This document shows positions 32,480 to 40,309 of a stretch of DNA of 44,335 nucleotides, piece by piece. The stretch is from a virus. The DNA is taken from IMG/VR virus record IMGVR_UViG_3300037501_000085. One strand, written 5' to 3'. Each line of letters opens with the position of its first letter. Within the stretch, counting starts at the first letter, position 1. The translations under genes and the position numbers were made by a program. The notes beneath the pieces are model-generated. The model was given only the letters and a program-made list of their open reading frames with translations, searched no databases and had not been told where the DNA came from.

Positions 32480-33095
32480 CTGGTTCCCAGGCCTGCGAGA
32501 ATTCCCGATCGGCGAAGAGGTCAGCCAGGCCTGTGATCTGCTTCAGTCTCCGGACCTCATCCTCACACATGCCTAATTCCTCTTGGATCTTGTCGTCTCT
32601 CCATCCTGCCCGGTAGAGCATCCGGACGACATCTCCCCTGGCCTCCACCCGATGGTCCCCCCGAGCCCGGTTGTGTTCTACTGTGGCAGCGATTCTAGCT
32701 GCCTTGTCCGAGCGCTCGGCTCGGATCTGGGTGACGGGTAGGTGGCCCAAGGTGCTCTGCCGGATTCTAGGATGCTCCTTCCCTACCCGATGTCGGTGGA
32801 ATCCGTCGACCACTACCACCCCTTGATCGTCTTGATGGGTGACAATGGGCATGGTGTAGCCATTTGCCTCTACTGAATGGGCCAGGAGCTTCATTTCAGG
32901 GGGCGCGACCGTATTGGGGTTGTAGTCATTGCCCCTCACCTCCTCTGCTCGGACCCACCGAACGAAGTCTACGGGGTGATCTCGGAGGGGGGAAATCTGG
33001 TGGAGTGCTTCTCGGATCTCGTTCAAGGCGTCAATTCGATCCTCTTCCGGGAGAACCAGAAGGATTTGGATCAATTTCTCTAGAGAGGCTCTCAT
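32469..33095 (-). CDS. ParB/Srx-like nuclease-domain protein (IbrB-like)
   Basis: Start placed at ATG 33095 (ATGA overlap with the GNAT stop). Contains …PIVTHQDDQGVVVVDGFHRHRVG… (ParB N-domain DGxHR motif) and a C-terminal helical segment. Confidence 0.7.
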   Translation of the reverse strand: MRASLEKLIQILLVLPEEDRIDALNEIREALHQISPLRDHPVDFVRWVRAEEVRGNDYNPNTVAPPEMKLLAHSVEANGYTMPIVTHQDDQGVVVVDGFHRHRVGKEHPRIRQSTLGHLPVTQIRAERSDKAARIAATVEHNRARGDHRVEARGDVVRMLYRAGWRDDKIQEELGMCEDEVRRLKQITGLADLFADREFSQAWEPDGG

Positions 33096-33460
33096 CGGGG
33101 ATCTCTCCGGAGCCATACCCCCCCACGGCCGGCCTTCCAGCGCACAAATCCAGCAAGCTTATGGGCTCTCATGGAGGCCGCACAGCCATCGGGAATGAAG
33201 GCTACGAACGTCTTATGTGGGTGGGCTGCATAATAAGCCTGAACCAGACCCTTGGCCCGATAAGCAGGGAGCACGAAAATCGGTCCCAGGCGCCACCCAG
33301 ACTGTGTCTCGTGAGGGGTGACGAAGCCCACGATCTGCCCCTCGTATCGTAGGGGCTCGCGTCTCGTACTAGAGATGATCACCCGAGGACCTATCAAGGG
33401 ATCCTTTCGGGCCTCCTGGATGATGGTCATGGGGATCCCTCGTTCATCTACAGATTCCAT
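33092..33460 (-). CDS. Small GNAT-family acetyltransferase-like protein
   Basis: WRLGPIFVLPAYRAKGLVQAYY fits the GNAT acetyl-CoA-binding motif A context. It is 112-122 aa depending on the start (33430 or 33460). Confidence 0.5.
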   Translation of the reverse strand: MESVDERGIPMTIIQEARKDPLIGPRVIISSTRREPLRYEGQIVGFVTPHETQSGWRLGPIFVLPAYRAKGLVQAYYAAHPHKTFVAFIPDGCAASMRAHKLAGFVRWKAGRGGVWLRRDPR

Positions 33461-34683
33461 AGTGCCCTCCTCTTCTTCATAATCTTGCGGTAGCGCTCAA
33501 ATGACGTCTCTGTACTTCTCTGTTGGGAGAACGAAAGACCTCGACACATCCGGTCATTTTTTAGCAAGACCTTAGCCACCCGACGCCAGGTTGGGGCCTG
33601 TCGTTTGGCCTCCACGGAATGAGGGGCCTCGTCCTCGATCTCCCGACCGCGGTGATTTCTCCACCAGGCTCGAAAGACCGCGATCTTATTCTCATAATGC
33701 TCCCGTTCATGGGCCGGGAGAGAGTCCAGAAGGAATCTAACGTAGCTCTCCCAGGAGGGGTGAGAAGAGGGCAGGTTGACTCGGCCATCTCCCAGGACGT
33801 TACCCCTCTGTCCAGCATAGATGGATCCGAAGTTAGCTCCGCTCACCCGAGCCACTACACGATTCCAGGCCTCTGGCTCAATTACATGCCACATGGCTAG
33901 GCTTCTTCTTTGGTCGTCTCCATAGGGCTGGCAAATTCGTTGCTGGTGAATGGACAGGCCTGCCTTGTACATGAGGTCATAGAGCTGATTATAAGGCAGG
34001 CCGGTCTTGCCGACGTAGGTCCAAATGTCTTCCGTCCTCCAATCGTAGATGGGATAGACATTGAACAGGCTCCCTCCCTTCCAGGCCGTCCAAGGACGGC
34101 CCTCGAGTCGACTCTTGCGCCGCTTGACGATTGCCCTCCAGCGATTGAGACTCTCATCTGTCCGGATGGCCACGAAACAGGCCGTGGACTTGTCCCCTCC
34201 GTACCAATGACCAAATTGCTCCACGAATTCTTCGAATTCCTGGGCCCCTCCGGACCAGGGGGGGCGATAGAAGGGATACCTGGACTCGTCTGTGACAGCC
34301 TGGGCCGGTGGCTCTCGGACCCATCTCCCCTTCGCCCGGGGGTCCCAACACACCCAGTAAGGCTCCTTCATACTGACAGCGTTCCGCAGGCGGAGGGGGA
34401 GGGCCACCCAATGGGGATCGATCACATCCTGATAGAGGGCGAACATTTCTCGTACGTGTGTGATCGTGGCCGAGTATTGGGCCTCTAAATCCACGTACAG
34501 GACACCGATAGTTCGGCGCCTTCGTCGGGCCTCCTGGCAGACCAGGTGCATCATGACACTGGAGTCCTTGCCAGATGGCCCAGATAGGTAGATGCGCTCA
34601 AAGGAGTCGAAGGCCCATAGGATCCTGTCTCGGGCCGCGTCCAGGACATTGATTTCCAGATATCGCTTGGCTAGGTCAGCCAC
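33448..34683 (-). CDS. PAPS-reductase-family (PP-loop ATPase) protein with DUF3440-like C-terminal region (IbrA-like)
   Basis: PP-loop YLSGPSGKDSSVMMHL. The C-terminal …APTWRRVAKVLLKNDRMCRGLSFSQ resembles the recalled conserved end of IbrA/DUF3440 proteins. Confidence 0.75.
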   Translation of the reverse strand: MADLAKRYLEINVLDAARDRILWAFDSFERIYLSGPSGKDSSVMMHLVCQEARRRRRTIGVLYVDLEAQYSATITHVREMFALYQDVIDPHWVALPLRLRNAVSMKEPYWVCWDPRAKGRWVREPPAQAVTDESRYPFYRPPWSGGAQEFEEFVEQFGHWYGGDKSTACFVAIRTDESLNRWRAIVKRRKSRLEGRPWTAWKGGSLFNVYPIYDWRTEDIWTYVGKTGLPYNQLYDLMYKAGLSIHQQRICQPYGDDQRRSLAMWHVIEPEAWNRVVARVSGANFGSIYAGQRGNVLGDGRVNLPSSHPSWESYVRFLLDSLPAHEREHYENKIAVFRAWWRNHRGREIEDEAPHSVEAKRQAPTWRRVAKVLLKNDRMCRGLSFSQQRSTETSFERYRKIMKKRRALWNL

Positions 34684-35243
34684 GCCTGAGCCTCCTTCTG
34701 GGAAAGTATTTTCAGGGAAGGCCCGGCCCCGAGCAAATGACGGGATCCCTCCCGATATACTTCATAGATTCGGCCATGTCGGAGTCGAAAGACGCGTTGT
34801 CCGTTCACGACCACGAAGCCCAATCGTCTGGGCGTACCCAGGCCCGAAACCTCGGCGACCCAAGGACGATCGGCCGGGTCATCGGGGACTCGAAGGATCG
34901 TCACCGGGTCTTGATGACCCTCGACCAAGGCCAAAGCTTCTAGAGCGTCCAGCGGCTTCTGTTTCCCTCGGTCCAACAGGAAAAATTCCCGAGACACATA
35001 GCGCTTAGAAGGTTTTCCTCGACATCGACTGACCTCATATAGATGACCATCCCGGAGAGGGAAGCAGGCCACTACCCCATACAAATTCCCACTCCAGGCC
35101 TTTCGAGCCTCGGCCCAATCGTTCAGAGGAGAGACGAATTCTCTCTGGAGACCGTAGCGTTCGTCCGGGCCGTCGATTCGGGCGACCCAGGGCCTGGGCG
35201 GGGGACCCCCATGGAAGTGTCCATCTACGCTGATCCTAAGCAT
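34671..35243 (-). CDS. Hypothetical protein (190 aa)
   Basis: ATG 35243 lies 2 nt after the methyltransferase stop (alternative start 35258). MLRISVDGHFHGGPPPRPWVARIDGPDERYGLQREFVSPL… No family recognised. Confidence 0.5.
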   Translation of the reverse strand: MLRISVDGHFHGGPPPRPWVARIDGPDERYGLQREFVSPLNDWAEARKAWSGNLYGVVACFPLRDGHLYEVSRCRGKPSKRYVSREFFLLDRGKQKPLDALEALALVEGHQDPVTILRVPDDPADRPWVAEVSGLGTPRRLGFVVVNGQRVFRLRHGRIYEVYREGSRHLLGAGPSLKILSQKEAQAWLT

Positions 35244-35245
35244 GC

Positions 35246-36067
35246 TTATAGAGCCCATGCCCTGACCTCCTCTCGATCGGCATCCCTCCGGGCCCTCCGC
35301 TCGGCCGAGGGCCCAGGCTGCGGGGCCTGATCCTCGTACGGGGCCGCCAGCCATCGATCGATCCTCTCCCTCTCTCCGGGGCTAAGAGGCCCGGCCAACC
35401 GAGCGTTGGCCCGGTCGACCCAGACCGGATCCAGTTCCCACGCGGCGCACCGTCGACCCAGAAGCTGGCACGCTCTGCTCACAGTTCCTGATCCGGCGAA
35501 CAGGTCAAGGACCAGGTCCCCTGGCCTCGAGAACCACGAGACCAGATCCAGGGCCTGGTCCAAGGGCTTCTCCGCGCGGTGCTTGGTTTCTCCCCGAAGA
35601 GCCAGATGAGCTAAATGCGTGAGAGACCCTGGCCCGAACCAGGCCTTCGCCCCTGCCTGACGACCCCAGGTGACCAGTAGATGCTCCAGGCCCGTCGGGG
35701 GCCGATCGCCGGAGAGCTGAGGCATGCTCCAGCGAACCCAGGGCAGGGTCCGGATGTAGGTCGCGCCCTGAGCCTGAGCAGCCAGGCGGAGCCACGTCGA
35801 CGATTCTACGTCCGAGTAGATCACGGACCAGGTCCGGACCAGGGCCGCAGCCCGGGCGACCGTCCTTCGGACGGCCCGAGCCATGGGCTCAAAGCCCATG
35901 TCCCGGTGCCTAACCCCGCGGCGAGGGGACTGGCTCGTGGCCGAGGCGTGGACGTGGGCCGAGTAGGGCGGATCCGTGATCAGGACGTCACCCCAGGACA
36001 GGACCTCGGGAGGGATCTGGGTCGCGTCCCCGAGCTGGACGAGGTCAATGGGGGACTCGGCCGTCAT
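35246..36067 (-). CDS. DNA methyltransferase (N6-adenine or N4-cytosine, beta-class order)
   Basis: Catalytic DPPY (VLITDPPYS) precedes the AdoMet motif DLVLDLFAGSGTV. No adjacent restriction endonuclease is recognisable. Confidence 0.8.
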   Translation of the reverse strand: MTAESPIDLVQLGDATQIPPEVLSWGDVLITDPPYSAHVHASATSQSPRRGVRHRDMGFEPMARAVRRTVARAAALVRTWSVIYSDVESSTWLRLAAQAQGATYIRTLPWVRWSMPQLSGDRPPTGLEHLLVTWGRQAGAKAWFGPGSLTHLAHLALRGETKHRAEKPLDQALDLVSWFSRPGDLVLDLFAGSGTVSRACQLLGRRCAAWELDPVWVDRANARLAGPLSPGERERIDRWLAAPYEDQAPQPGPSAERRARRDADREEVRAWAL

Positions 36068-36642
36068 TGGCGCACTGTCACGATCTGGTCATCGTAGAAT
36101 CGCACGCCCGGGATGGCCTCTAGGCCCCCTGCCTCCAGGTGAGCCCGGATCCTCTCGGGATCCGGGCTACAGAATTGTCGCGGGACACGATCGGGATCCG
36201 TAATCTCGAATCGTCGGACGGTCCGGACGTTGACCCCCGGAGCCTCGGGGGGAGCGGACATGGGCACGACCGCGAGCACGCCGGCCCCGTGCAGGGCCGC
36301 CTGAGTCTCCATGGCCTGGGTTCGGGCCTGGGCCTCGGCCGCGGTATGGGCGGCCAACTTGGCCTTGAGGACGGCCTCGGCCTCGGCCAGCGAACCCAGG
36401 ACCGGGGCGAACAGTGCATTGACCGAGCGGATGGCGTTGGTCAGAGGTCCGGTGATTTCCTTACGTCGATTATCGAGAGCTTTCCAACGGGCCTTCACCT
36501 CTCGGCAGATTTCGGAGGCGATCGCGAACGAGGACTGATCGTGGACCGAGAGATTGCGGATCAGATCCAGGGCCTCCGAGGCCTCTCCGGAGTCTCGAGC
36601 GATCTCAGCCTGGGTCTGGATTACGAGGGGATGTGCAGTCAT
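36064..36642 (-). CDS. Gp157-like protein (phage recombination/host-interaction accessory)
   Basis: ATG 36642 is preceded by GGAAGGAG at 7 nt. A coiled-coil N-terminal half is followed by the C-terminal pattern …RRFEITDPDRVPRQFCSPDPERIRAHLEAGGLEAIPGVRFYDD…, recalled from the Siphovirus Gp157 family. Confidence 0.5.
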   Translation of the reverse strand: MTAHPLVIQTQAEIARDSGEASEALDLIRNLSVHDQSSFAIASEICREVKARWKALDNRRKEITGPLTNAIRSVNALFAPVLGSLAEAEAVLKAKLAAHTAAEAQARTQAMETQAALHGAGVLAVVPMSAPPEAPGVNVRTVRRFEITDPDRVPRQFCSPDPERIRAHLEAGGLEAIPGVRFYDDQIVTVRQ

Positions 36643-37190
36643 TTGGGCTCCTTCCATGTCAGGACCGAATGCCAGAGACGCCAACGGGCCCTCCAGGGGC
36701 CTGGGCCGGCCTGGCATCTACCCGATAGCCCGGATAGGCGATCCTCCGGAAGGAGCCGTCGGCAGAGCCCGAGAGAGCCCCGGGCGACCAGGAGAGCCCT
36801 GGACGCGGCCAGGTCCCGGGAGGCGAATAGACGGCGTAGAGTGATGGGCCCGTCCGCGTCCTCCCCCCATGCGTGGACCTGCCACACAGATGCCGCGGCC
36901 CCGGAATCACACCGAGTCCGCCATCGGCCCCGACGATGGCACGGACCCACGTCCGCATCCCGGGCCAGACCGGACTCCCCGACCGCGAGCGCGATCAGGA
37001 GGGCGGCCTCCTGCCGGTCCGTCAGACCGTCGGGTCTCTCCTCCGGGGCCTCGGCCTGGGCCAGGATGGCCTGGGCGATCAGGGCGTAGCGGTCCCGGAC
37101 CTCCTCGGGGGCCTCCTCGTGGCCCGGGAACCGGGGCAGTTTCTCGGGCGGGGCGAAATGCAGGAGAGCGGCCAAAATCCAGGATTTCAT
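36639..37190 (-). CDS. Putative lytic-transglycosylase-like protein with a hydrophobic N-terminus
   Basis: MKSWILAALLHFA… then …LLIALAVGESGLARDADVG…DSGAAASVWQV, reminiscent of the E-S … D-x-G … Q pattern of SLT-type enzymes. The assignment is weak. Confidence 0.35.
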   Translation of the reverse strand: MKSWILAALLHFAPPEKLPRFPGHEEAPEEVRDRYALIAQAILAQAEAPEERPDGLTDRQEAALLIALAVGESGLARDADVGPCHRRGRWRTRCDSGAAASVWQVHAWGEDADGPITLRRLFASRDLAASRALLVARGSLGLCRRLLPEDRLSGLSGRCQAGPGPWRARWRLWHSVLTWKEPK

Positions 37191-37396
37191 TCACACAGCT
37201 CCTGAATACTTACCTGTCCGCCCGTGGCCTCGCTAACGGCCCGGGCCAGGGCGTAACGAGTCAGCCGAGCCCCTCGATCGACGCTGGATAGAGTCACGAC
37301 CGACACCCCCGCCATGGCGGACAGATCCTCCATGATCGCCCTCCGGGATAGACCGAGAGCTTCCGATCGCTCGGTGATCCATTCGTGTAGGGTCAT
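37187..37396 (-). CDS. XRE-like helix-turn-helix protein (69 aa)
   Basis: MTLHEWITERSEALGLSRRAIMEDLSAMAGVSVVTLSSVDRGARL… ATGA overlaps on both sides. The track ORF 37187..37789 is an upstream extension. Confidence 0.6.
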   Translation of the reverse strand: MTLHEWITERSEALGLSRRAIMEDLSAMAGVSVVTLSSVDRGARLTRYALARAVSEATGGQVSIQELCE

Positions 37397-37830
37397 CGCA
37401 ATCCCTCTCTCCCTAGCCACCAGAGCCCGAGGCCGATGGCGTCCCAGACGTTGTGCCGGTAGCTCGCGGCCACCCGGAGAGCCAAGGCCTCGGCCCGCTC
37501 CCGCTCCCGCGGCCTCAGGGCTCGGGCCACCCTCTGGTGATGAATCTCTTTCGGGGTGGAGCCCTTCCATTGACCGGGCTCTACCAGGTCCACCTTTACG
37601 CCCTGACAGTAGTACCATTCCACAATCCGACCGACACGGATCGAGAGCTGGATCACGTCCCGGACATCGACCGCGGCATGGCTCGGTTGCTCGCATACCA
37701 CGAACGCGCCCTCCGGTCGGACAGGCCTCTCCTGGGGCCACCGAAATAGGCCTGCGTCCCGGAGCTGGCCGTCCCAGTAGATAGCCCATCCCCCATGTGC
37801 GCCAGGATCTAGGGCTAGGAGGCCTGCCAT
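37393..37830 (-). CDS. RuvC-like Holliday junction resolvase
   Basis: Start at ATG 37830. LLALDPGAHGGWAI (Asp 1), FVVCEQP (Glu), …HNVWDAIGLGLWW (Asp-Ala-Ile). Confidence 0.65.
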   Translation of the reverse strand: MAGLLALDPGAHGGWAIYWDGQLRDAGLFRWPQERPVRPEGAFVVCEQPSHAAVDVRDVIQLSIRVGRIVEWYYCQGVKVDLVEPGQWKGSTPKEIHHQRVARALRPRERERAEALALRVAASYRHNVWDAIGLGLWWLGREGLR

Positions 37831-39656
37831 GGTACGAGCCTCCCGTCCTGGTATGCGGGCTTCGCCCTCTTGCTCCATCGACGCATGGCCGCTACCTCCA
37901 CATGGATTTGGACGCCCGGGAGCCAAGGCCGGGCCGCCTCGATCATGAGCCTGGCCAGTTCCTGGCCCGCGTCGTGGACCGTCTCCTCCGGCCCTCCCTC
38001 CAGGATCAATTCGTCATGGACGAAATTGACGATCCGCCAGCCTGTGAGGGGGCCCTCGTCCGCGCCGTAGCACTGCCTCGAGACGAGCCACCCGGCGGCC
38101 TTGGCCACGTCCGCCCCGAGGCCTTGGAACATCGTATTGCACGCCTCAGTGTACGATACCCCGCCGCGCCAGCGATCGGCATAGATCTGCCGAATCTGAG
38201 GAAAGGGCTTGTCCGTGTGGCTGGCTATCCAGCGGAAATAGTCCATCATTTCTGGCCAGGACCGGATCCAGGCGTCTTTCAGGTCCCGGGCCTGATCCTC
38301 CGAGACCTGGACTCCGTAGCCGGATCGGGCGTAATGGACGAGGGCTCCGGGGCCGAGGCCCCCCGGAAAGCCGAAATTCGCGACTTTGCCCACCTGCCTG
38401 GCCCTCTCCACGTCCTGGTCCCCGGCCTTGCGCCGGGCCTGGGCCTCGGCGTAGGGGATCCCCAGGATCGCGGCACCGACCTCCAGATGCGGGTCGCGGC
38501 CTTCGTTCAGAGCCTGGGCGAGGGCACTCCGGCCCAGGACTTCCAGGCATACCTGGGCCAGGGTGCATAGTTCCAGGCCGCCGTAGTCCGCGGCCAGGAA
38601 GACCAGACCAGCCTGGCGCGGGACGAAGCACTCTCGCACGCCCGGGGCTCGGCTGAGATTCTGGAGATTGGGGGACATGCTCGTGCGCCCGGTCTCCAGG
38701 ATCGTCTCTACATGCGGGTGGATTGGATGGTCTACACCTCGGAGGAGCATGGGGATGTCCTTGGCCAGGAGGGCGTTGACCCGGCCGTATCGGCCGTAGG
38801 CCTCCAAGACCGGGTCTCCGGACTCTTCGCACGCGGTCAGCTCCAGGCTCGGGCGGCCCGTATCGGTCCGGGGATAGTCCCGGCCCTGGGCCTGATAGGC
38901 CCGGATTAGGGCCTGGCCCGCGGCCTTCGTGTCTCGGGTCTCGGCCCGGCCGACGGTCCGGAGGAATCCGGCTACCCGGAGATCCTGGGCCAGGGCCCTC
39001 CGCTCGGACTCGACGCGGGCCCGGAAGGCCTCCACCCCCTCTCGATCCGTGACCATGCCCCAAGCTGACATCAGCCGGAGCCAGAAGGCGGCCCGGGCCT
39101 GCCGATACTGATCGGCTAGGTATCCCTCCGAGGCCACCTCCTGGGCCCTCCAGACTGCCAGGGTAGCCCGGGCGTCCGCCAGGGGATACTCCCGGGCCTC
39201 CTGAGGCCACCAATCCAGGGGCACGTCTCGGAGGGGGCCGTAGCCCGTCTGCCATTCCTTATCCAGGGTCAGGCCCAGGTGGCGTCGGGCGAGGTCCGCC
39301 AGGCTGTAGCCGATCTTCTCCCTCCTCCCGTCCACGGTCGTGTATCCCCGATACACCCCTCCGGCCACGTCCGAGAGCTGCTGCCGGAGCATGGTATCGG
39401 TCACTCGATCGTCCTGATAGGCCCTCCAGATCAGGGGCTGGAGGTCCGGCCATTCCTGGGCCAGAACTCCCATGTCGTAGGCCACGTTATGGCCCACGAT
39501 CTGATCCTGACCCTGCAAGATCTCCCGGACCACCTCCCGGGCCTCGTAATGGGCCCAAAGGGTGGCAGAGTCCTGGGTCGCCAGACTGACACACACGAGG
39601 GGAGGGGCCTGGAGCCCGGGCTGGATCAGGGCCGTTTCCGTGTCGAGAGCGATCAC
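37815..39656 (-). CDS. Family A DNA polymerase with 3'-5' exonuclease domain
   Basis: Exo motifs VIALDTET and IVGHNVAYDMGVL. Pol motif A is LAADYGGLELCTLA, motif B is RARQVGKVANFGFPGGLG and motif C is VNFVHDELILE. Start proposed at GTG 39656 (GTGA overlap with the upstream stop). The track start 39875 adds a Pro/Gly/Arg-rich overlap with the upstream gene. Confidence 0.85.
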   Translation of the reverse strand: MIALDTETALIQPGLQAPPLVCVSLATQDSATLWAHYEAREVVREILQGQDQIVGHNVAYDMGVLAQEWPDLQPLIWRAYQDDRVTDTMLRQQLSDVAGGVYRGYTTVDGRREKIGYSLADLARRHLGLTLDKEWQTGYGPLRDVPLDWWPQEAREYPLADARATLAVWRAQEVASEGYLADQYRQARAAFWLRLMSAWGMVTDREGVEAFRARVESERRALAQDLRVAGFLRTVGRAETRDTKAAGQALIRAYQAQGRDYPRTDTGRPSLELTACEESGDPVLEAYGRYGRVNALLAKDIPMLLRGVDHPIHPHVETILETGRTSMSPNLQNLSRAPGVRECFVPRQAGLVFLAADYGGLELCTLAQVCLEVLGRSALAQALNEGRDPHLEVGAAILGIPYAEAQARRKAGDQDVERARQVGKVANFGFPGGLGPGALVHYARSGYGVQVSEDQARDLKDAWIRSWPEMMDYFRWIASHTDKPFPQIRQIYADRWRGGVSYTEACNTMFQGLGADVAKAAGWLVSRQCYGADEGPLTGWRIVNFVHDELILEGGPEETVHDAGQELARLMIEAARPWLPGVQIHVEVAAMRRWSKRAKPAYQDGRLVPWQAS

Positions 39657-40309
39657 GTCCTCGGCTTCCAGACTCGGCCGTCCCACACGTGTCGCCCGTC
39701 CGGGGACAGGACCTCGGAGGGAGGGGGCGGGGCGAAGGCCGGCGGAGGGGGTGGGGGAGGGGCCATCGGTGCGGGCTGGATCGGAGTGCGCCCGACCGGA
39801 CTCCGGCCCAGGGCCAGGATCGCCTGGATGTCCGGCGGTTCGGCCGAGGCCCCGGCGAAATCGAAGGGGGTCCATCGTATGGCCGTGAAATCAGTGCCCT
39901 TCTGGGTGAGAGTCTGGAAAGCCTCGGCGTGGACGAACATGCCGGACAGAGGGTTCGCCTCGCTGACCACGTGATCCATGATCGTCTCAATCACGGGATC
40001 GACCTGCATCCCGATCGTCTGGATGTCTCGGCGAGGATCCAGATTGAGGACAGCCAAGAGGAACTCTTTGATCGCGCTGAAGGCGATCGAAGGGCTGGCC
40101 ATCTTCTGGAACCAGGTAGCGATCGAACCCACCGGGTGTGCCTGGGCCGTACTGGAGATCACCTCGAATTCCACGATGAACCCCAGGCCCGATTTCTGGG
40201 TCTGCTTCAGGAGAGCCCGATTGACGCTCAGGTCGTAGGACCCCGGGCTCAGGTAGTTACCGCGCTCGAACACTTGGGCCTGTCGCAAGCCCTGCCAAAG
40301 ATTAGACAT
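39653..40309 (-). CDS. Putative ssDNA-binding / DUF669-like protein with a proline linker and SPDGxHxWDGxxW tail
   Basis: Start at ATG 40309 (MSNLWQGL…). YLSPGSYDLSVNRALLKQTQKSGLGFIVEFEVISS…HPVGS… resembles the recalled DUF669 pattern. The C-terminus is PPPPPPPAFAPPPPSEVLSPDGRHVWDGRVWKPRT. Confidence 0.4.
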   Translation of the reverse strand: MSNLWQGLRQAQVFERGNYLSPGSYDLSVNRALLKQTQKSGLGFIVEFEVISSTAQAHPVGSIATWFQKMASPSIAFSAIKEFLLAVLNLDPRRDIQTIGMQVDPVIETIMDHVVSEANPLSGMFVHAEAFQTLTQKGTDFTAIRWTPFDFAGASAEPPDIQAILALGRSPVGRTPIQPAPMAPPPPPPPAFAPPPPSEVLSPDGRHVWDGRVWKPRT

